From assembly GCA_049324575.1 (NCBI GenBank), contig JBMONI010000004.1, forward strand, positions 43,960 through 107,959: a stretch of DNA of 64,000 nt, read 5' to 3'. The first letter of the stretch is position 1. Each line of letters opens with the position of its first letter. Below the pieces are notes generated by a model, which saw only the letters and a program-made list of their open reading frames with translations, ran no database searches and was not told the DNA's origin. The translations under genes were made by a program, and so were the position numbers. The stretch comes from Candidatus Omnitrophota bacterium. GTDB taxonomy: Bacteria; Omnitrophota; Omnitrophia; Omnitrophales; Aquincolibacteriaceae. Shown here piece after piece: positions 24,501-33,500 of the stretch.

Positions 24501-27500
24501 GCCTGCCCCGCCAATTGGGCCTTAAGCAGTTCCAAGACCTCCGCCCCGGCCTGGACAGGCCCGGCTTCAGGAAAATTCTTCAAAAGCGCCGCAAGGCCAG
24601 CCAAAACTTCTCTCCCATGACCAACGTCTTCGGGCTTAAACTCCGGTTTGGGCTCCGGCGGTAATTGAGGCTCCTCTGGCGCAGGTTCCATCGGCACCGC
24701 CGACGGCTTCAAGATAAGATCGATCGCGCGGTCGGCGGCGGTCAGCACCTGGCTCATGCCGTTCTGCATTTGGTTGGCCGCCGAAGTGCGGTAAGCCTTG
24801 GAGAGATCGCCTAAGCGCGCGTCATTCGGATCCAAAAATACGGACCAGCCGGCCTGCTCAAGGGCCCCGCCGCCCCAGGTCGTCGGGGTGATCGTCTTCA
24901 GAACTTCCGCGGGCACTTTGCCGCTTCCCACGAGCGGGACGAGGGACGAAAGCCCTTCGAACGTATAGCCATAATGCAAGACCGTCTTACCCGAAGCGAT
25001 CCATTCATTTTGGCGGTGCGGATAGAATCCGTGCCGGATCTGCCGTGTTTTGGGATCATAGAATTTGGCAAGCTGCATCTTGTCCAGGATCTTCTGCGCC
25101 CGCTCGCCGAGCGGAGTCCCCTGATTGGCTTGCGCAAAAACGCGGAGCGAATCGGCAAGGTTGAAATTATCGACGCTGGAAACCTTTTCCTTGTTGTCTT
25201 CCGCCGGCGACGGCCTCAATGCCTTACGGTCGTAATTCTGAAAGAAAAGACCGTCTTCACTGCGCTGCATTTTTTCAAGCGCCTCGAGCGCGGCCGCCGC
25301 GCGCCGGTCGTATTCCCCCGCCTGCAACACCTTTTGCCCCGCCGGCTGCGCGCCGTCGTGATCGCGCACCCCGACAAGATTGACAAGATAGAGCCCGGTC
25401 CCGGTGATCCCCGCGTAGACCGCGACCTTGCTTGTTCCGTTTTCAAGCTCAATATGATCGGCCGGGATAGGCGAACCCTCGGTTGCCGCGCGATAATATC
25501 CCCAGCCTTTCACTACCTGCCCATGAAGAAAAGCTTTTTCCTCTTGATTCGGCTCGCGGCCGTCCAACGCTTGCGCATCGGCCACGGCCAACGCGATATG
25601 AAGTCCCTCGAGGCCCCGGGCAACCTCAGGATCCGCCGCATAATACTGATGGACCTTTCCGCCGGTCAGGATCCCGAGCGCCTTGGCCATCTCGAATCCC
25701 TTATTATCCAACGCGTAACGGGTCGCAGCCTGATTGCTATTGAGATCCACGCTGTCGAAGAATCCGTACTCCCCCGTACTGCTTGAATAAAGCGTGGAAA
25801 GATTCATGAGATTTCGCACCACGCTTCGGGGGCCCGCATCAGCGAAGAGAAGCGATGCGTACGGAGCGATCACCGGCCTCTTGGCGTCATAACGGGCGTT
25901 CGTCTGCCCGCTTCCATCGCCATATTCCTCGAATTTGCCAGGCCTGCCGGGAACCGCCGAAGGTGCTTTTCCCCAAACCACCAACTCCCCGGAGGTAAAA
26001 CCTCCCCCTTGCATATGCAAATGCTCTTCATAAAAGCTTTGGATACCGGCCAATATCTGCTCGTCGGTAAAATTCCGGTCGGGATATTCTTGTTGGAGGC
26101 GGTCCCGCACGGCCGGAACAGCCGACGGAAGATCCCCGCGAACCCCTAAAAGGATCTGGCGCAGATCGAAACGAAGGGCCGGCGTGATCGGTTCGGCCAC
26201 GACCGCAGGCGGTTTGGCGGCCGGAGGAGGCGCTGCTTTTTCTTTCGCGGTCACCGGGATGGCCGCTTCGATGATCGCGGCCGCAATGATCTCTGCGACC
26301 GGCGCTTTGGCCTGGATCAAAGGTTCGATCTTGGCTTTATCCGCGTCGCGTTTGGCGGGAAGGGCTTGTCCTGCCTCATCGACATAACGGCTTGGAAAAT
26401 ATTCCGCGACGACCCCGATCATATCGTCCGCAGTGAGCGGCTGGCCCCGCGCTTGTAGCTCCTCTGCTTTTTGTGTTGCGCGGTCCATCCGCCGCGAGAT
26501 CGGGTCGTAACGGCTCTCTAACAGTTCCCTGGAAATCCCAAATTTGATAAGAAAATCGGTCCGGGATCCGTATCGCCCATCGACGGCCTTGACTTTCGGC
26601 ATTCCGAGCAATTCGCCCGTCAAGACCTCGGCCAAAAGCTCATAGCCCGCCGCGGCTTCCTGAAATGCCCAAGTAAGCGAACGGGTCTTGCGATTCGCAT
26701 CTTTTAGTTTTTGATAAGTTTCCTGCAGTTTCGTATCTTGAAGGATCAGCGCCGTTTCCAGGTTTCGGATCGCGATCACCTTGTCTTCTTTTTCAGGGTC
26801 CGGCAACGAAGCCTCTTGGCGGATGGCCTTCACGGCCAGGCTCAAAACGGTTTGCTGACGCAGCAGGCCTTCACCGACGCTTGCCGGGACCGTAATTCCA
26901 TAAAGTTTTTCGACTTGCGCGATCGCTTGCGCAAGATCGATCCGGTCTGCATTGAATTGAGCAAGGATCCCCTCCAACCCTTCAGGGGCTTTTGCCTCTG
27001 GCTGAGGTTCGACCGGAGGTACCGGTTGGGGCTGCGGCTTGGGTTCCGCCTTCGGCTGTGCTTGAGGCATCGGCGGTTCGGCCGCTGGAGGCTGTGCTGC
27101 AGGTTGGGGTTGAGGTTCAGGCTGCGGCGGCGCGGTTCGTTCGGGCTCAGCCGCCGGCTTGGGCGCGGCAGACGCGGTTCGCGCCGCCCACTCAGGCGGA
27201 AGTGCTCCCGCCTCAATAAATTGTCCAAGTTCCGCAAGGCTCGGCAGATCTTCTCCCCCTGCGGCTACAGGCCCCGGTTCCGTGCGAGCCGCCGCCTCGC
27301 CTTGAGGCGCGGCCGGAGCCGGTCCGGCATCCGGAGCAGGCGCCGGTTGCGAAGCCTCCGCCGGATGCGGCCACACTTCATTCATCAGCGATACTCCCAG
27401 CGGCGCTACCGCCATCCGGGCTTCCTCGGATTCAGCCGCAAGGATCTCGCCCGTTAATTTTCTGACATGTTCGGGCACAAGCCGGATCAGGCGATCGATC

Positions 27501-30500
27501 TGCATTTCATCGGAACCCGGCACCTTGCTTTTGACATAACTCGGGTAATGTTTGCGGAAAAGCTCAAGGATCCCCGAGCGCGCACCGTCCATACGCGTCC
27601 GTATATTCTCATTCATGGTCGTCACGCTCTGCATATCGCCGAGGACCCCTGCTTTGAGCTTCGCCATCTCGGCTTCGACCAAGGCCAGGAATTGCGACTT
27701 GCCGATCCCGCCAGTCTCCGGCTCAAGCCAATCCTGCGTTCCAATCTCGACAAAAGGCCCTCGGACAATGTCTTCGGTCAATCTCACCCCTTCCTCCATC
27801 GCGCGCCGCTGTCTTGCGCTCGCGAACCGTTCCTCAATCTGGTCGAAGGTCCGCTGGTCGATCACGCCCGTGACCGGCAAACCGTTCGTTTTCTGGAAGT
27901 TGCGGATCACGATCTCGAGCGGTGAATTGTCGACATATCTCGCAAAGGCAGGTTCGGTCCCTTGGGTCGGGATCCCCTTCGCGAGGAAATGAGTCGTGCG
28001 TCCGTACGGAAGATAAGGTTTATAGGCGGCCCGGATATCGTTATCGATGGGATCAAAGATCATGGGTTTGCGCTGCTCTTTGAAGAAATTCGAAGCGATC
28101 GTGATCGCAATAAAACGGGATTCAACATCGCGGTTTTTAAGATACAGATCGATTTCGGCAAGCGCATAGGCCACTTCCGCGGCAATACGGTTCTGACGCG
28201 ACGGATAAGCCCGCTCCAGAAGCTCCCGCAACTGATCCGAGAACCAGGTCCGCGCTTCAGTGTCTTTTTTGGCCGCCCGCGCAAGATATTGATCGAAGAT
28301 CCCCTGATATTCGGTCATGAACTTGGTTTTGCGTGCCATGCCGTCGAAAAATTCATCGGTCCGGGGGATCTGCGACCAGCTGTCCTTGGGCACTTTTGAA
28401 AAAACCGAGCGGATCCTTCCCTTGATCCCCTGATCGGCGAAATCCGTAGACTCCGGCGCCGCGATCTCATACAGGCTAGGCCCGTTATAAACGTCAAATT
28501 GACCCGGCTGAACACTTCTCCCCCGGTCTGCAACCGTCAGCTTGTGCAACTCTAATTTCCCGTAAACATTCGGAAGAAGGATAAAAACCTCGGCTCCGTT
28601 CCACGCATCAAAAAGCGCCGGATTCACTGCGATCGTCCCGAAATTTGAAGCCGCCGCTTGGTCCTCGCTCATGACTTGTTCGGGAATAAGACTGTATTTT
28701 GAATCGCCGAGCTTGATCGTAGGCGAGATCCACGGCGCGCCTTCTTCATTCCCGTAACCGGTAATGAAGCGCGGGACCCAGCGGGACCCATTCAACTCGC
28801 GCAGGATCTCAAACCCGGGAACATTCGCAAGCCAGGTAAAGAACTGCTCGACCTGGGGCCCTCGGTCGCCCGGAGAAATGGTCCGCGTGAATTTGAAATC
28901 CGCGATCTCGGCATGATCGGCTTTGAAGGCATCCACCGCCGCCCAGAACCGCGTGCCAGCCGTGCCATCGTTATAAGTCATGGGTTCGAGATTCCCCTTC
29001 GGACCGCGTTCAAGGATACCTTTATATTGGGGGCCTGCGGCAGCCAATTTTTCCTGAATATCCCGGATCTGCTCTTCGGTCATGGTCTTCGGTAAATTGG
29101 ACAGCTGGTCCAAAAGGACCATAGCCGCAGTAGGCGCGGGCGCCGTCACCGGAGCTTGCTTCTCCCCGACCTTGACCCCGGGCAAAGCCGCCGGCGGAGG
29201 CTCTTTGCGTTTTTCGTTCTCGATGAATTGACGCATCCAGAGGAGATCGATATCAAAGGCCTTTTTATCCTCCTCCGACATTTTTTCCTCGATCGCCTTC
29301 AGGCGCGCCTCAAGCACGGCCGCAGGCGAGAGGCCGTCATACGGAGGGATCGAAGCTCCGAAAAGTTTCCCCAGTTGATCGATCAGCCCCGGGAAGGTCC
29401 AATCCGGCCGGAGGTCTTTGCGGAGGGCATAAGCGTTCAGAAGTCCGCGCGCAAGGTTTGAGCGCTCCTCGGGGGTCAGATCCCCCGCCGCGATCCGCGC
29501 CTCAAGATCGCGCACGAAATGGTCCGTACTGGCCTTGGCATCGGCGATCCTCTGCGCCAGGCCCTGGAATCGGGCCCTCGCCTCCTCCACTTTCTTGGCC
29601 TGGAGAAGTCTGAAGATCTCGACCCGCGCGGTTTGCAACTCCCCGACCGTTGCCGTCATCTCAACAAGCGGGAGGACCCGCGCCTCGATCGCGGCAGGTT
29701 TTCCCTCTTTTTTCGGCTCTTGCGGAGGCGTTTCCTCTTTTTTCTCTTCCGGCATGGGTGCGGGCTTCGGCGTTTCGGCCGGCACATCCTTCAAAAGCGC
29801 CAGCGTCTCGGCCAGGGTCTTCGCACCGTTCAAATAGCCGTCGATCGCGGCCTTTACCGCATCGGCCGCACGGCCGGCAGCCGCTTCCGATAATGCCGCC
29901 GTCATCCCGGCATCGTCATTGTCAATGTACTGACGATAGAAAGCCAATGCCGCAACGCCGCTATCGATCGCGAGAAGATCCTTCAAACCCGGCGTTTGCC
30001 CTTCCGTGACGATCTTTTGTCCGGCCTCCGAAAGCGGCCCCGTTCTGTCCTGGATCGAGCGAACGGCGTTCAGAAAATCATAAAGCCGGCGCGCCTGGTC
30101 CGCCGCGACCGTATCCGAAGAGTCCGCGCTCTTTTCCAGCGTTACTTCGATCGCCGAATCAAGATCGGCCCGGCTCTTGAGATCCAGCAAAGATAATTTC
30201 GTTCCGGAAGCAAGCGTAACATTTTCGAGCCACATCCAGCCCCCGATCGGGATCACGCCCTGGATCGGCAAAGCGCCGTCAGCCCCCAGGAAACGCCCGG
30301 TGACCTTTTCCGGAGCCTGCGGTTCGGGTTGGGGCTGTTCGGGTTCCGGTTTGGCTTCGGTCTCGGGGCTTTCGGCCGGCGGAGGAGGCGCCGCGCCTTC
30401 CTCCCGGGCTTGCCGCGCGGCTTGCGCGATCCGATCGGCCGCAAGCTGGCGGGCCTTCTGGACACCTTCTTCCAAGGGAATCTTCCCATGGATCACATCA

Positions 30501-33500
30501 CCCGCCACGGCGTCGATCTGTCTCTGCAAAGTCTCGGCCGCCGTCCCCAGCATCAAAAGTTCGATCGGATCGAAGGCCATCCCCAGGAAGATCCCTTTGG
30601 CCGGATCGTCAAACGTTTTTGCCCGGCGAGTCGCATCGACGATCCCCTGGCGGAAAAGCGCTTCCCGGAAATCGGCCGAACGGCCTTCGCCCATCTGGCG
30701 AAGCATCATGCTCATCAAGGGATTCTGGATCAGGAGGGTGGTGATCCGTTTCAGGTCTTTCCGCTCGCCGCGGGATAGTTTTTTGAGAATGGCGTAATAG
30801 TCGAGCTCGGCCGCGTCGCTCAGCTCTTGATCGAGCGTCCTTCCTTCTTTTTTCTGCTCCTTGTGGATCGCGGCGATCCGGGCCCGCTGTAAAAGTTCAT
30901 CGCGGTAGGGCTCCACGATCGGCGCCACGATCGGATCGATCGTGGTCGATGCAAAGGTGTTCACAAGCCCAAGCGCTCCGCTGTAGACCAGTTTCGCCTC
31001 GAGGGGCGTGGGCCGGCCCAGCATCTGTTCCTGCTGTCCCAGCATTTCCAGGGTCGCTTGGTCCCCTTCCACCAGTTTGACGAGCGGAGAAAGGATCGGT
31101 GCTCCCGCCGCGTCATCGAGGCCTTCGGCACCGCCCACGGCGCCCCCGATCTCATAGGTCACGAACCAAAGACCGGCCGCCGTAATAAGGACCGAAGCCC
31201 AGAATTCGGGGCTGGTGATCACCCGGTTAAAGACCGCTTTCCGCGCATTGCGATAAAAACGGTTCAGGTTCGACGGATCAAAAAGCGCCGGCAAGATCAA
31301 ACCGGCCTGGGCTTTCTTGGAAATTTTTATCTTGGGAATCTCCGCGTCGATCCTCGCCAAAAGGAATTCGCGGTCCCGCGCCTTGAGATGAAGCGGGGCC
31401 TTGCGCAGCCGGCTTTGGGGCACGAGATAGCGGCGGATTCCTTCGAGGGCGAGGCGTTTTTGCACCGCCGAAAGCCCGGATCCGCGGGCCAAGATGGCAT
31501 CAAGCAATTGATGAACACCCGTATGGGTCGCGCTCGTAAGGTGAAATTTTTTGATATCGATCCCAAGTTTGCTCAGACTAAAATTGAGCATGCGGGCCAT
31601 TTCGGTCCGCACCCCCTGATCGACCTGCGTTTGCAGATTCAAAAAGAAGGCAAGAAAGATAGGGCTGGCAACGCCGCCGATCGAAAGATTGAGCGGGATG
31701 TTGTGCATCATGCCGAATTCGCCGACCTGGATCAGCGCCCCCTGGTCGACCAGGTTCCACGACCCGCCGAGATGCGACCATTCGAGGAAGTGATGGATGA
31801 GAGGATGCTGACCGGCCGAAAGTTCGACCAAAGCCGTATCGGTCGGATGATACCCGAGGAACACCAAAAGCCCGAAACTCACGAACGAGATCAAAAGCAG
31901 GGTCGCGGCTTTTTTGACGAACGCCTCTTCGGTGAGATCGCCCCGCGCGCGGGCCTGCATGAGGATCACCATCCGGAAGAGCACGAACGCAAAATAGGCC
32001 ACGCTGAAAAGGATCAGGGACTTCCCCACCAGCATAAGCGCAAGCGACGAAACCCCCGAATAAATGAACAAACGCAAGCGTTTGGCAACGAACGTCGCGG
32101 CGCCGGTGACGTAAAACGCGTGGGAGGCCGTCGCGGCCCAGTATCGCGCGCGCTCGGTGCTGAGATCGATCTTCTGCTCGGCGGGGATGGCACGGACCTC
32201 GTTGGCGATCCACTGCACTTCCTGGTCCGTAAGCCATCGTTTTTGGTATGCACCCGTCCAGAAATAATCGATCGAGACGCGGAAGAAATTGAAGATGAAA
32301 GAATCGAACAGATGCCATAAGGCTTTAAAAGGATCGATGACGGCTTTCGCCAGCAACGTAATGACCGAGATCCCGGGGTCCCGCATTTTCAAAAGCACGA
32401 TCGAAGAAAGGGCGTGGACCACATAGAAGCCGATCAGCATGCCGTACAAAATGACCGCCGCATTCAGCGTCACGACCCCGAGGGCTCCCAAGATCAGGAC
32501 GGCGGCGAGACCAGCCCCGATCTCCACCACGCTTCGCACCACCGATTCCACTTTACTTTGGGCCATCGCCCCTTTGGCTTGGCCGAGGATCGTGTTCGCC
32601 TCGACATACTTCCAGTAACTTTTGGCCCGGAGACGGATCCGCGCCAATTCGCGTTTGGCAGGGTCCGTGATCCCATTCAGCGTATCCGTCACCCCTCGGT
32701 CTTCCCAGGTCCGGTCTGTATCAAGCCCCGCACTGATCCCGAGCACCCCTTGGCCTTTTTTGATCCCCTGCCAGCGCTCGCTGTCGGGCGAAGCCTCTTC
32801 GCCGGGACGCGTTTCGACAAGATCCGTGTAGGTCACCCGGGTCTCATTGATCGCCCTGATCGCGGTCCACCCCAGGACGATGACGAGAACTGCCCAAAAC
32901 CAAATTCCGAATACCGAATAGGGCCAGGCCACCGCGGTCATTTGCCCGGTAAGAATCCCGGCATGTGAGATCAGGAAATTCGCGATCATTCCCGGGATCA
33001 CGCCATAAAAGACGATCCGTCCCGCATAGCGCTGGGCAAAAATACGGAAACCGTTCCGCACCTGCTCGACGACGCCCGGCTTTTTCACCGCAGGCGCAGG
33101 AGCGGGTTTTTGGGCGGCCGTAGCTTTCGCCGGACGGGACGGTGCCGGCTGAACTGCCGCAGGCGCGGGTTTTTTAGCGGTCCAGGCGCTCCAACGGCTC
33201 TTGATCGACTGCGCGAACGCCCCCAAAGCGCTCTGGCTTCGCTGCCAACCTCGGACCGTCAGTGCCCCAAGCGCGGCCGCAACGCTCCGCACCTTCTGCC
33301 ATGCTACCCCCCACCCTTTCCCGATCACCCTCCAAGCCTTCTGAATACCCTGCCAACCTCCCGCCATCTGCTTCAAAACCGCTTGCCCGGCATTCCGGAT
33401 CCCATCCAAAGGTTTTTTAGCGGCCACGGCTGGAGCGGGCGCTCCGGTGATCGAGGAACTGGGCGCTTGGGGAAGCGGCGGCTGCGCCCCCGGCACACTC

